From an uncultured virus (IMG/VR IMGVR_UViG_2504643024_000001) (taxonomy: Duplodnaviria > Heunggongvirae > Uroviricota > Caudoviricetes), in the IMG/VR virus record IMGVR_UViG_2504643024_000001: a DNA stretch of 54,545 nt; one strand, given 5' to 3'. Below are positions 17,834-27,053 of the stretch, one piece after another. Within the stretch, counting starts at the first letter, position 1. Each line of letters starts with the position of its first letter. The position numbers and the translations under genes were made by a program. The notes under the pieces are model-generated. The model saw only the letters and a program-made list of their open reading frames with translations, had not been told where the DNA came from and searched no databases.

Positions 17834-18136
17834 TCAGGCTTCTTCGGCCAGCCTCAGAAGATGGGTATATACCGTCTGGGCATCTGCAAACCTCAGGTGC
17901 CCACAGCTGGAGCAGGTGAGCTGAAAGGCAGCCGTGTAACCCCTTGCCAAGCCTTCGAATCGTATAGGAGTGGCCTTTCCCTTCAGGCTTTCGAGAATCC
18001 ATTTCGAGGAGTCGCAGATCCAGCAGGACTTCATATGCCCAATTTCCTTGAGCGCGGCGCTTACCGCCGAAGATGGAAGATCAACTATCTTTTCCAGATC
18101 CTCGACCTTGTCCCTTTTTTTCTTGATGCCTGACAT
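17834..18136 (-). CDS. Zinc-ribbon protein
   Basis: CWIC...CSSCG; GAGG RBS. Confidence 0.6.
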   Translation of the reverse strand: MSGIKKKRDKVEDLEKIVDLPSSAVSAALKEIGHMKSCWICDSSKWILESLKGKATPIRFEGLARGYTAAFQLTCSSCGHLRFADAQTVYTHLLRLAEEA

Positions 18137-18201
18137 ATTGACCTCTCTACTATCGGGAGTTTGGCTTGCATCGCTGCGCCGGATCGCCAGACTTGGAATG
18201 C

Positions 18202-18840
18202 TCAGTAGCGGCCGAGCACCTTGCTGGGCGCGAGGATGTTGCCGACGTAGTGGATCTTCTCGATGTCGCTGCGCTCGATCGTCCGGCGCTCACCATAGGC
18301 AGCATTGACCGACATCAGGCTGACTTCTTCATCGTTCTGGAACAGCAGCTCCTTGACCATGCTCTGGCCGTCCAGGGTGGTCACCATGACGTACTCGCCG
18401 GGAACCAAGCGGTGGTTCGGCTCGCAAATGGCTACCCAGCCATTGCGGATGGCTGGGGCCATGGAATCGCCTTTGAGCCTCAAGGCATAAGCATCCTCAT
18501 CCCGCGAGTAGGTTTCAACCCAGCCATCGGCCTGATTGACGCCGATCCAATAGCCGTCCGGCCCAAGCTGAGCGGTGCCCACAATGTCGATCCTTCGCGG
18601 AGGGGAGGTTATTGGTGGTCCGGGCTCAACGTTTGACTCTGCCGCTCCAGATCCGTCAGACAGCCACACAGGGTCGACGCCACATACCTGCGCAAGCTTT
18701 ACCAGATAACCGCTGGTGCGCGTAAGGCCTCGCTCTATCTCGGAAACGGAGGCCTGCTTTATTCCTGCGCGTTCGGCGAGCTGGGCCTGCGTTAGACCTG
18801 CATCTTTGCGAGCTTTTTTCAGTCTGTCTTTGAGTTCCAT
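18202..18840 (-). CDS. cI: CI-like repressor (XRE HTH + S24 peptidase)
   Basis: LTQAQLAERAG HTH, GDSMAP and VKEL catalytic motifs; divergent from cro. Confidence 0.93.
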   Translation of the reverse strand: MELKDRLKKARKDAGLTQAQLAERAGIKQASVSEIERGLTRTSGYLVKLAQVCGVDPVWLSDGSGAAESNVEPGPPITSPPRRIDIVGTAQLGPDGYWIGVNQADGWVETYSRDEDAYALRLKGDSMAPAIRNGWVAICEPNHRLVPGEYVMVTTLDGQSMVKELLFQNDEEVSLMSVNAAYGERRTIERSDIEKIHYVGNILAPSKVLGRY

Positions 18841-18847
18841 GACCGGA

Positions 18848-18914
18848 AAGATAAAGGGCAGCCTTTGAAGTTGCAAAAAGGTGTTCCTTTGCTCTAACAT
18901 AAAGGCATCCCTTT
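18848..18914. promoter_or_regulatory. OR: three AAAGG-N4-CCTTT operators at 24-bp period with PR/PRM
   Basis: 18853-18866, 18877-18890, 18901-18914; TTGCAA..TAACAT (+) and TTGCAA-N17-TATCTT (-). Confidence 0.85.
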
Positions 18915-18930
18915 AAATGGGCGGAGAATC

Positions 18931-19140
18931 ATGAATAATTCCTTTGAAAAGCTGGTCGATCATTTCGGCTCGCAAATGGCTACAGCTGCCGCCCTTGGCG
19001 TTAAGCAGGGGACTGTGAGCGGGTGGGTTCGCGGCCTGCATGGCTGCACCGCCGAAGTTGCTATGCGCGCAGAGATCGCAACGGCAGGCGCTATCAAGGC
19101 CCGCGATCTCCGCCCGAGCATTCCAGTTTTAGCCGCCTAA
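18931..19140 (+). CDS. cro: Cro-like regulator
   Basis: FGSQ..TAAALGVKQGTVSGW HTH, DLRP tail. Confidence 0.88.
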   Translation: MNNSFEKLVDHFGSQMATAAALGVKQGTVSGWVRGLHGCTAEVAMRAEIATAGAIKARDLRPSIPVLAA

Positions 19141-19172
19141 CCAAAATTCCAACCACGTAAGGAAGCCTCCCT

Positions 19173-19388
19173 ATGCACTCAGACCCAGCCAACAAGCGCG
19201 ACGCCATCTGCAAGGTTCGCTTTACCCAGCGCGCCAAGAGACAGCTGCAGATGGAAGCAAAAATGGCCGGCATGCAGCTCGCCACCTACCTGCATGAACT
19301 GGCAGAGCTTGGGCGCGCCCACCGTGCTGCTGAAGCAGTCCGGGAAATCCACGGGGTAAGCGCCCAAGACAATCATAAGACGGCCTGA
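19173..19388 (+). CDS. Small putative DNA-binding protein (RHH-like)
   Basis: Post-cro position, KVRF strand followed by helices. Confidence 0.55.
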   Translation: MHSDPANKRDAICKVRFTQRAKRQLQMEAKMAGMQLATYLHELAELGRAHRAAEAVREIHGVSAQDNHKTA

Positions 19389-19407
19389 GGGCCCTCAGGA
19401 GGGTCGT

Positions 19408-19626
19408 GTGCCCGAATTTGACTGCGAATTTAGTTCGCTCCCCGCGGGGGCGCAGCAGGAGATTCGAGAACTAGCCCATCAGCTCGGATGGAGCCTTGAT
19501 TTGGCGACTGAAGAGTACTTGTTGGCAGCCAGCTCGATAGCTGCCGCAGGAAGGGTTGTTCAGAACTCCCGCAAAGCCCCGGTACTGGAGCTTGTAGGAC
19601 ACAAAAGGGCCCTCGATAGGGGCTAG
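19408..19626 (+). CDS. Hypothetical protein
   Basis: GGAGG RBS, GTG start. Confidence 0.55.
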   Translation: MPEFDCEFSSLPAGAQQEIRELAHQLGWSLDLATEEYLLAASSIAAAGRVVQNSRKAPVLELVGHKRALDRG

Positions 19627-19653
19627 TTAAGCAGCACAACCAGGGGCTTCCAG

Positions 19654-20013
19654 ATGGCCTACGACAACAAAGCGCACTGCAACACCCACCAGTTGAAGTC
19701 GCGCCTGAATGACGACGCCTACGCCGATCTCAGAGCGGAAGCGCTGGAGCGGGAGACTCAGCCGGGCGCACTGGTTCGCGACCTGACTTTGGCAGCGTTG
19801 CAGTTCAAGCGTGAGCACGGGTACTTCCCGCTGCTGGACGACCAGGGGGTTGAGGGGCGTGAACTGGACGACTTTCCGGCCCTGCGTGAGCTGGCCCGCG
19901 AACTGAACATTCAGCCTCGCGAACTGATCCTTGATCTCGCCCGCAAAGCGCTGGCGATCAAGCTGGAGCACGAGCAGCTGTCGTTGCTCGATGACAAGAA
20001 ACACAGCGCTTAA
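19654..20013 (+). CDS. Putative DNA-binding protein (RHH-like)
   Basis: N-terminus resembles 19173 ORF. Confidence 0.55.
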   Translation: MAYDNKAHCNTHQLKSRLNDDAYADLRAEALERETQPGALVRDLTLAALQFKREHGYFPLLDDQGVEGRELDDFPALRELARELNIQPRELILDLARKALAIKLEHEQLSLLDDKKHSA

Positions 20014-20031
20014 TTCCGAAGGGAGGCACCT

Positions 20032-20247
20032 ATGTCTGCAGTAACAGCAGTAGGGCAGTGCAAGCAGGACGAGAAGGATGCGTTGGAGTGCTTGGCTGAT
20101 GAGATGGGTATCAGCGCGGTAGATTTTTTCGACCAGCTCCTGGCTGGAGCAGAGGAGGCTGCGCAACGTCGCGCCGCTCGCCGTGCTGCCAAGACAATCA
20201 CTGAGGCATTGGGCGGAAACGTCCTTCCGTTCGGCCCTGTGAAGTGA
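20032..20247 (+). CDS. Hypothetical protein
   Basis: GGAGG RBS. Confidence 0.55.
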   Translation: MSAVTAVGQCKQDEKDALECLADEMGISAVDFFDQLLAGAEEAAQRRAARRAAKTITEALGGNVLPFGPVK

Positions 20248-20621
20248 GCTTCGGAGCCCTAATTAGGGGCCGTGGCTGGCACCTAATTAGGGGTAAGCGC
20301 AGGACAAGCCAGCAACTCAAACGAAAGACCTGAACTTGATAACGGAGAAGGGCATGAACCTGACATCCAAAGAGCGTGAAATCGCTATTCAGGCCATCGC
20401 GGCCAGGGCAGGCGGCTCTCCAGCCGAGGCGGCAAGGCAAATCCTGGAAGGGATTGTTGCATTGGATATGCCTGGCAGGCCGGTCGTGTTCTGGCCCGAA
20501 CGCTCAAGCATTCGAGACCCTTCGATGACTCTGGCAGAAATGGCGGCCTGGCATGAAAGCCAGGCGACCGAGCTTCGTAAGTTGATTGCAGAGGGTGAAG
20601 CTTACTGGGTCCAGAGAGGTA

Positions 20622-20987
20622 TCAAATGTGAACTCCCCTCCCTTCAAGAAAATCGATGTCCTTCTGCACAGGGTCGTACATCGGAGATCCCTGTAGGTGA
20701 AGAAGCTCGTCGTGAAGCACAAGAAGAAGCAGCTCGTTCGAAAGAGCTGAAACCTGATCAGGGTGCCAGTGATGCTTCTTGATCAGGTAGGCGCTCACCG
20801 GCTTGTTGCCGTCCATTGGCTCCCAAAAGGTTGCCTGCGCCTCCCGTTGCATTTCGCAAAAACAGAAGAGCAGGTATCCGGGAATAGCCTTGATGACAGC
20901 CGACTTGATAACCCCGAGATTCTGCTCGGAATCCGAAAGCCCGGTGTGCTCCCTCCATACCTTCGGGTAGTTCACAGGTTCGCTCAT
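20622..20987 (-). CDS. Antisense accessory gene, hypothetical
   Basis: AGGAGG RBS, 121 aa, opposite to operon direction. Confidence 0.65.
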   Translation of the reverse strand: MSEPVNYPKVWREHTGLSDSEQNLGVIKSAVIKAIPGYLLFCFCEMQREAQATFWEPMDGNKPVSAYLIKKHHWHPDQVSALSNELLLLVLHDELLHLQGSPMYDPVQKDIDFLEGRGVHI

Positions 20988-21085
20988 ATGTCCGGCCTCC
21001 TAGGCCTTTTTGTGTGTAAGCAAAAAGCTATCACGGATGCGCCGGACACCTATACCGCGACACGCCAATCAGCAGGAGAAAGGTA

Positions 21086-21373
21086 ATGGCCGAACACCAG
21101 CAAGTGACGTTTTCGATCACCATAAAACCATTTGCCGACCAAGTTGAGTCGACCGCTTTAAAGCTCGCCCCGGAGGCGCGCCTTCAGTTTCTCAACGATG
21201 TCCTTGCCCTGCTTTCGGATGCGCGCGTTGAGCTCATCGACAGTGCAGAGAGCCGCACATTCACCGCAGACAACCATTACGTCATCCCCACCAGCTTCGC
21301 CGGGCTTGATGAGCTTTGTGCTGCCGCATTGCTCGCAGGTGGGGCTGAAGCTCCCCACGGGAATAATTTCTGA
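21086..21373 (+). CDS. Hypothetical protein (overlaps antisense ORF)
   Basis: AGGAG RBS, operon direction. Confidence 0.45.
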   Translation: MAEHQQVTFSITIKPFADQVESTALKLAPEARLQFLNDVLALLSDARVELIDSAESRTFTADNHYVIPTSFAGLDELCAAALLAGGAEAPHGNNF

Positions 21374-21376
21374 CAT
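21158..21376 (-). CDS. Antisense zinc-ribbon protein
   Basis: AGGAGG RBS; CEQC...CGEC. Confidence 0.6.
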   Translation of the reverse strand: MSEIIPVGSFSPTCEQCGSTKLIKPGEAGGDDVMVVCGECAALCTVDELNARIRKQGKDIVEKLKARLRGEL

Positions 21377-21616
21377 CGGAACCTCCTGATTCACTGGGTT
21401 GGGTGAGAGCTTCCCAGCGTAGCAGGTGGTTCCGACCTTAACCGCGATGACAAATCGCAGACATGAAAAAGCCGGGGTAAGAGCCCGGCTGATTCGACAA
21501 CATTTAGTGAGGCCGATAATGAACCATCACACCGAATCAGGCAATACCCACGAATCCGCGACACGCTTTCAGATTCATAAAAACGTGTCGCGCACTAATT
21601 TGCCGGAGGTCACCCA

Positions 21617-22459
21617 ATGACAACCGACAACATCATCGCAATCAATCCTCGGGGGTTCACCCGAATGGAAAACAGCCTGATGGATGCCTTAATGGTCATT
21701 GATCTGCCAGGCCGTGAGCTGAAGGTTGCCCTGTTCATCGCCAAGGCCACTATCAACTTCCAGGCTGGCCCTGTTCGCATCAAGGCTGCTGAGGTATCCA
21801 AATCCACTAACCTGCACCCTGACGTCGTCTCCAAGGCCATCAGCCACCTACTGAAGCGCCGCGTGATCTTCCGTGAGGGTGGTTCGCGCGGCGATATCGG
21901 TCTGTGCGACCCGAAGGAATGGGCCTATGTTGAATGTCCGAGTCGGACCAAACGGTCTGACTCGGGCCATATGGGCCGAGTCGTAAGCATCACGAGACAG
22001 ACCAAAACAGACGACTCCCTTCTTTATTCTAAGAAAGAAACCTTATTACCTCTTTCTACGAAAGAGAGTAATGCCCCCCTTGAGAAATCCAAGCGCGCTC
22101 CCCGAAAAACCAAGCCAGCTGCCGACTCGGCTTTCGGAAAGGCTCAGATGCTCGCTGACAACCCGCACCAGATCCCTGATCAACTGCTTGTCGATTGGTT
22201 GGCCCTGCGCAAGACCAAGCGCGCCGCCGTCAGCCTGACCGTGTGGGATGCCCTGAACGCCGAACTGACCAAGTGCGCCGAGCTGGGGATCCTCGCTAAG
22301 GACGCGATGACCGAGGCCCTGTCCGCTGGCTGGCAGGGGTTCAAGGCCGACTGGATCGCTAATCGACTCGCTCAAGCTGGCCGTGCCCCGTCTGCCGCTT
22401 CTGCCGGCCCAGACTTCTACAGCACCGCATGGCGCAATGACTTGAGCGACGAGCTATGA
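21617..22459 (+). CDS. Replication initiator, lambda O-like
   Basis: GFTRMENSLMDAL N-terminus, HTH, DWLALRK..K C-terminal domain. Confidence 0.85.
   Translation: MTTDNIIAINPRGFTRMENSLMDALMVIDLPGRELKVALFIAKATINFQAGPVRIKAAEVSKSTNLHPDVVSKAISHLLKRRVIFREGGSRGDIGLCDPKEWAYVECPSRTKRSDSGHMGRVVSITRQTKTDDSLLYSKKETLLPLSTKESNAPLEKSKRAPRKTKPAADSAFGKAQMLADNPHQIPDQLLVDWLALRKTKRAAVSLTVWDALNAELTKCAELGILAKDAMTEALSAGWQGFKADWIANRLAQAGRAPSAASAGPDFYSTAWRNDLSDEL
21938..22070. other. Putative replication origin inside the O-like gene
   Basis: Three related GAGTC/GACTC-bounded imperfect palindromes followed by an AT-rich tract. Confidence 0.55.
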
Positions 22460-23178
22460 GAATCGTCAAGTCGGTCACGCCCGCCGCTGCAAAGGCGATA
22501 CGCACCGGACAAGGATCTGCCCCGGCACCTGTCCAGCTGGGCAATGTCGACAGCCAGACCGCTGAAGTGGTCGAGAAGATTTTCCGCCAGCTCAAGGCTA
22601 TTTTCCCGGCATGGAAAACCGCTTGGCCAGACGAAAAGGCGCTCGGTTCGGCGCAGCGCAGTTGGACCAAGGGCTTCATCGACGCCGGTATCTGCGACAT
22701 CAACCAAGTCGAGTTCGGGATCAAGCAATGCCGCAAGAGCGGCTCGCCGTTCGCGCCAAGCATCGGCCAGTTCATCCAGTGGTGCACGCCTGGACCAGCG
22801 GCTTACGGCATGCCAGCAGCCGCTGACGCATGGATGGAGGCTCTCATGGGTACTGCCAGCCACGAAGCAGTGCGAATCGCCGCCAACGCTACCGGAATTT
22901 TCGACCTGCGATCAGCCAAGCAGGATGACAAGGCGATGCGTGCACGCTTCGAACGCAACTACGAAATCGTTCTACGCCGCGCCCAGTCCGGCCAGCCGCT
23001 CGACGGCAAGATTCTCACCGGCATCGGTCACGACAGTCAGAAATCCCAGCTTGAACTGGCTGATGAACTGGCTGACCAGCAGACCCAAGAGCGGATCGCG
23101 AAGCAAGGCATCCCGTCCGACGGCGCATCTGCTCGTGCTCAGCTGATGGCGAAATTTGGCAAGAGGAGTGCGCAATGA
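22456..23178 (+). CDS. Replication protein P-like (helicase loader)
   Basis: IFRQLKAIFPAW and PSIGQFIQWC motifs; follows O. Confidence 0.85.
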   Translation: MRIVKSVTPAAAKAIRTGQGSAPAPVQLGNVDSQTAEVVEKIFRQLKAIFPAWKTAWPDEKALGSAQRSWTKGFIDAGICDINQVEFGIKQCRKSGSPFAPSIGQFIQWCTPGPAAYGMPAAADAWMEALMGTASHEAVRIAANATGIFDLRSAKQDDKAMRARFERNYEIVLRRAQSGQPLDGKILTGIGHDSQKSQLELADELADQQTQERIAKQGIPSDGASARAQLMAKFGKRSAQ

Positions 23179-23408
23179 AGATCAGCAACCCGTTTAAGAA
23201 GGCCGTCAGGGAGTTCCTGAAGACACTGGGCTTTATTGCTCTGTGCGTGACGGTGACGGCGTGCATTGGGGTTGTAGTCATAGCCTCCCTGAACTACGTG
23301 AACTCTCTCGGCTTCAGCGTGGTTGAGTCAGTACTGATTGCCGTTGGTGCGTATTCACTGCTGCTCGCTCTATGGGCCGCATTTCTGGCTTACCGGAGGG
23401 CCAAGTAA
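23175..23408 (+). CDS. Small membrane protein
   Basis: Two hydrophobic segments. Confidence 0.6.
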   Translation: MKISNPFKKAVREFLKTLGFIALCVTVTACIGVVVIASLNYVNSLGFSVVESVLIAVGAYSLLLALWAAFLAYRRAK

Positions 23409-23623
23409 TGGCTGACATCGCAGATCTGGCAGACAACGAAATCGAAGAAGCCCTCAATCGGACTTTGGCCCAGCGCACGGTTTACACCGGCATCAGCGCC
23501 ACTGAATGCGAGTGTGGCGAGGAGATCCCTGAAGGACGTCGCCTGGCCATTCCGGGGGTGAAGCTGTGCACGCCTTGTGCTGAGCGTGAAGCGCTGGTGA
23601 AACAGGGAGTGCGCAGAGCATGA
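23408..23623 (+). CDS. TraR/DksA C4 zinc-finger protein
   Basis: ADIADLA, CECGEEIPEGRR..PGVKLCTPC. Confidence 0.88.
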   Translation: MADIADLADNEIEEALNRTLAQRTVYTGISATECECGEEIPEGRRLAIPGVKLCTPCAEREALVKQGVRRA

Positions 23624-23847
23624 GCAACTGGAAGCTGTTCCGCCTATCCCTCGCCAATCACCCCGGCCTGACTATTGGCTGGATGTGGCCGGCACTACTC
23701 GCTGTCGCAATGCTGGTCCGTAACGATATGCCACCGCTGATTTTCTGGCTGACCGTGTACCCGGCAGTCGCGGCGCTTCCATGGATTCCGATCCTGTGCA
23801 CAGCCTGGAGCGGGCGCAAGGAATACGACGAGGTGGATCATGACTGA
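23620..23847 (+). CDS. Small membrane protein
   Basis: Hydrophobic ORF, coupled overlaps. Confidence 0.55.
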   Translation: MSNWKLFRLSLANHPGLTIGWMWPALLAVAMLVRNDMPPLIFWLTVYPAVAALPWIPILCTAWSGRKEYDEVDHD

Positions 23848-24310
23848 CAAGATATCAGTCAACAGCTCAGCCCGACTCTCCGAGGCCATCACCAAGCTGA
23901 CCGCCATGTTCCGCGAGAAGAAGTTCGTGGTGGTGTCGCTGCGTCCGGGCAAGGACCGCACCCTCGATCAAAACGCCCTGTGGTTCGCCCTGTATCAGCG
24001 TATCTCCGAAATGACACAGATCGGTGTTGTCGAGGATGCGCGGCGTTACTGCAAGCTCCATTTTGGCGTGCAGATCCTGCTGAACGAGGACGAAGACTTT
24101 CGCACTGGTTGGTACCGAACCATGCGGCACCTGTCTTACGAGGAAAAGCTGGACTTGATGGGCGCGAACGCGCTGTTCGGCCCCGATGGTTTCCCGGTGA
24201 CGCGCCTGTTCAACCGCGCGCAGGGCATCGCCTTCACCGATCGCATCGTGGATGAGTTCACAGCCAAGGGCGTCTTCTTCAGCGACATCCTCGGGGAGGT
24301 GGCGGCATGA
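23840..24310 (+). CDS. NinB-like protein
   Basis: RTLDQNALW motif, nin-region position. Confidence 0.7.
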   Translation: MTDKISVNSSARLSEAITKLTAMFREKKFVVVSLRPGKDRTLDQNALWFALYQRISEMTQIGVVEDARRYCKLHFGVQILLNEDEDFRTGWYRTMRHLSYEEKLDLMGANALFGPDGFPVTRLFNRAQGIAFTDRIVDEFTAKGVFFSDILGEVAA

Positions 24311-24579
24311 ACCACAACTTCAACGCGGGCGATCTTGCCCTGACCATCGTTCACGACGTCGAGCTGCCGGCCTACAGCGTGGTGCAGATCGAGTCGCGGA
24401 TTCAGAAAGGCGATCTGCTCGAGACGCGTGACTGGAAGGAAGTCCCTTCGCCTGGCGCTGGCTGGCTGGTATCTCGCGAAGGTCTTGCCTTCCAATTGGC
24501 CTACGGCGACGGGGAGCTGATGCCGCTGCGCAAAGACTTCGCCCCAGAGCAGCAGAGGGTGCTGGAGGTGGTCGCATGA
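24307..24579 (+). CDS. Hypothetical phage protein
   Basis: FNAGDLAL...LMPLR..F.PE motif. Confidence 0.6.
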   Translation: MNHNFNAGDLALTIVHDVELPAYSVVQIESRIQKGDLLETRDWKEVPSPGAGWLVSREGLAFQLAYGDGELMPLRKDFAPEQQRVLEVVA

Positions 24580-24797
24580 AAACCGGCGAAGAAATCAGGC
24601 TCTGTCCTGAAGCGAATCGTCAGTTTTGGACTGATCGTGCGCGTTTCAATCTGGCTTGCTACCGGTACAACGGGGCGGGTCCTGCTGATCGTCGCCTTGA
24701 GCGCGCCGCTTTCCGTAAGTGCATGGCGCATCGCCGAGCACAGACCTATCTCGATGTGCAGCATGGACAATTGGATCTGTTCGAGGCTGCAGCATGA
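24576..24797 (+). CDS. Hypothetical phage protein
   Basis: Coupled ORF ending QLDLFEAAA. Confidence 0.5.
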   Translation: MKTGEEIRLCPEANRQFWTDRARFNLACYRYNGAGPADRRLERAAFRKCMAHRRAQTYLDVQHGQLDLFEAAA

Positions 24798-25378
24798 GTC
24801 TTCCAGCCAAGCAGCCACGCCCCAAGAAATGTCGCGTCGAATCATGCAGGGCCTTATTTGTCCCTTCGCGTCTGGGTCAGGCAGTTTGCAGCCCGGCCTG
24901 CGCGATTCTTGATGCTCCGAAGAATCACGAGAGGGCAGGCAAGGCTCTTGCCGATGTGGGGCGCAAGGAGCTGCGTGCGGCGAAGGAAAAGGTCAAGACG
25001 CGCGCCGACCACATGAAGGATGCGCAACGATCCTTCAACACCTGGATTCGCCTCAGAGACGCCGGGCAGCCATGTATCTCATGCGGCACAACCGCGAATG
25101 TCCAGTATTGCGCCGGCCACTATCGGACAGTTGGATCATGCCCAGAGCTCCGCTTCGAACCCCACAACGTGCATCTCCAATGCAACAAGAACTGCAACAT
25201 GGAGAAGTCCGGGAACATCGTTGCCTATCGCCCGCGCCTACTGGAAAAGATCGGGCCTGAAATGCTGGCTTGGATTGAAGGGCCTCATGAGCCCCAGCGA
25301 TACACCATCGAAGACCTGAAAGCCATCACCGCTGAATACCGAGCAAAGACCCGTGAACTGAAGAGGGCGATCGCATGA
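24794..25378 (+). CDS. ninG: NinG/Rap family endonuclease
   Basis: FNTWIRLRD..PCISCG, AGHYR, LRF...NVHLQC..CN. Confidence 0.9.
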   Translation: MSLPAKQPRPKKCRVESCRALFVPSRLGQAVCSPACAILDAPKNHERAGKALADVGRKELRAAKEKVKTRADHMKDAQRSFNTWIRLRDAGQPCISCGTTANVQYCAGHYRTVGSCPELRFEPHNVHLQCNKNCNMEKSGNIVAYRPRLLEKIGPEMLAWIEGPHEPQRYTIEDLKAITAEYRAKTRELKRAIA

Positions 25379-25572
25379 TCTGGAAAGCCATCAGCAAAAA
25401 CTGCATGTCCTCCGAAGAGGGCTATCTGGTCAGCCGGTACGCCCTGCAGCACGGGTATGGCTACACCGTGCGCTGCCCGAAAGGGAAACTCATCCACGCT
25501 GGCGACGACGCGGCAAAGGCCAAAGCAGCATGTGTTGACCATTTTGAATTGACCCAGGGGAAAGCAGCATGA
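25375..25572 (+). CDS. Hypothetical phage protein
   Basis: Coupled ORF. Confidence 0.55.
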   Translation: MIWKAISKNCMSSEEGYLVSRYALQHGYGYTVRCPKGKLIHAGDDAAKAKAACVDHFELTQGKAA

Positions 25573-25763
25573 GCGAGTCAGTCCGTCAAAGATTCGAGAG
25601 TTGGTTCGCGCTGCAGCACTTGCGAGTCACAGGCAACCATCTGTCGATCGAGGAAATGCAGCACTTGCGCGGGGAAAGTGACGACTACAGCAAACACGCC
25701 TATATGCACGGCTGCTGGATTGGCTTCTGTGCCGCCAACACCATCGCCGGGGAGCATGTCTGA
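25569..25763 (+). CDS. Hypothetical phage protein
   Basis: Coupled ORF, RQRFESW motif. Confidence 0.55.
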   Translation: MSESVRQRFESWFALQHLRVTGNHLSIEEMQHLRGESDDYSKHAYMHGCWIGFCAANTIAGEHV

Positions 25764-26902
25764 TGCCAGTCCGCACCGTCACCGACGAGCAGATCATCGA
25801 AGCGCTGAAGACGATGGATAACCCTACGGCGGCGGCTCATCTGGGCATGCATCCGCGTTCGCTGCTGAAGCGCAAGGCTCAACTGGCCCGTAAAGGGTTC
25901 AGCCCCGAACACGACATGACGCACGCGGTACCGGACGGTTTCCACCTGAAGGGCACCTCAAGTTTGTATAAGGAGGGCGTCAAGGCGCCGGTTTTACAGT
26001 GGGTGAAAAGTTCGATAGACCATGAGCGGCAGCGCGAGTTGATGGAAGCGGCTATCGCAGCAATGGGCGAAGACCTGCCGCGCATGGCATTCGCTCCGGC
26101 GCCGGCCGCGTGCAATACCGATCTGCTGAACTGCTACGTGGTGACCGATTACCATCTCGGCCTTCTCTCCTGGCACGAGGAAACGGGCGCGGACTACGAC
26201 CTGAACATTGCAGAACAGCAGCTGGTTGCCTGGTTCGCCACTGCAATCACCATGGCGCCTGATGCCGAGATCGGGGTGTTCGCACAACTCGGGGATTATT
26301 TGCATTGGGACGGCCTCGATGCCGTGACTCCGGCCAGCAAGCATCTGCTCGACGCTGACACCCGGTTCCAGAAGCTAGTGCGTGTGGCAATCCGCGTGAC
26401 TCGTCGCGTCGTCGACATGCTGCTAACCAAGCACCAGAAGGTGCACGTCCTGATGGCTGAGGGCAACCACGACACCGCTAGCTCAATCTGGCTGCGCGAA
26501 TGGTTCTCCGCGATCTACGAGAACGAGCCGCGTATTACCGTCGACCGCAGCCCCGATCCTTACTACTGCGTCGAGCACGGCCAGACCAGCCTGTTCTTTC
26601 ATCACGGGCACAAAAAGAAACCAGCGTCGGTGTCAGACGTGTTCGTGGCCAAGTTCCGCGACGTCTTCGGCCGCACCCAGCACAGCTACGCACACCTCGG
26701 CCACCTGCATCACGTCGACATCAAGGAAAACAACCTGATGATCGTGGAGCAGCATCGTACCCTGGCCGCGCCTGACGCGTATGCCAGCCGTGGTGGCTGG
26801 ATCAGTGGGCGTGACGCCAAGGTCATCACCTACCACAAGCAGTACGGCGAGGTAGGGCGCCTGACGATCAATTCCGACATGTTGAAAGTGGGGGCGGCAT
26901 GA
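25763..26902 (+). CDS. Calcineurin-like metallophosphoesterase with N-terminal HTH-like segment
   Basis: DYH, GDYLH.D, GNHD, HHGH, GHLH motifs. Confidence 0.8.
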   Translation: MPVRTVTDEQIIEALKTMDNPTAAAHLGMHPRSLLKRKAQLARKGFSPEHDMTHAVPDGFHLKGTSSLYKEGVKAPVLQWVKSSIDHERQRELMEAAIAAMGEDLPRMAFAPAPAACNTDLLNCYVVTDYHLGLLSWHEETGADYDLNIAEQQLVAWFATAITMAPDAEIGVFAQLGDYLHWDGLDAVTPASKHLLDADTRFQKLVRVAIRVTRRVVDMLLTKHQKVHVLMAEGNHDTASSIWLREWFSAIYENEPRITVDRSPDPYYCVEHGQTSLFFHHGHKKKPASVSDVFVAKFRDVFGRTQHSYAHLGHLHHVDIKENNLMIVEQHRTLAAPDAYASRGGWISGRDAKVITYHKQYGEVGRLTINSDMLKVGAA

Positions 26903-27053
26903 AAACTCAATCGTCTATTTCATGGCTTGCGATGGTGACTGCATGGGTTTGCGGCATTGCACTAGCGAAGGGTTTCTGGATGACAGTCTTGTGTTCCGTC
27001 ATCCCACCGGTGGCATGGGTTCTTTTCGCTGAGCATGTGTTGGGGGTGGCAGC

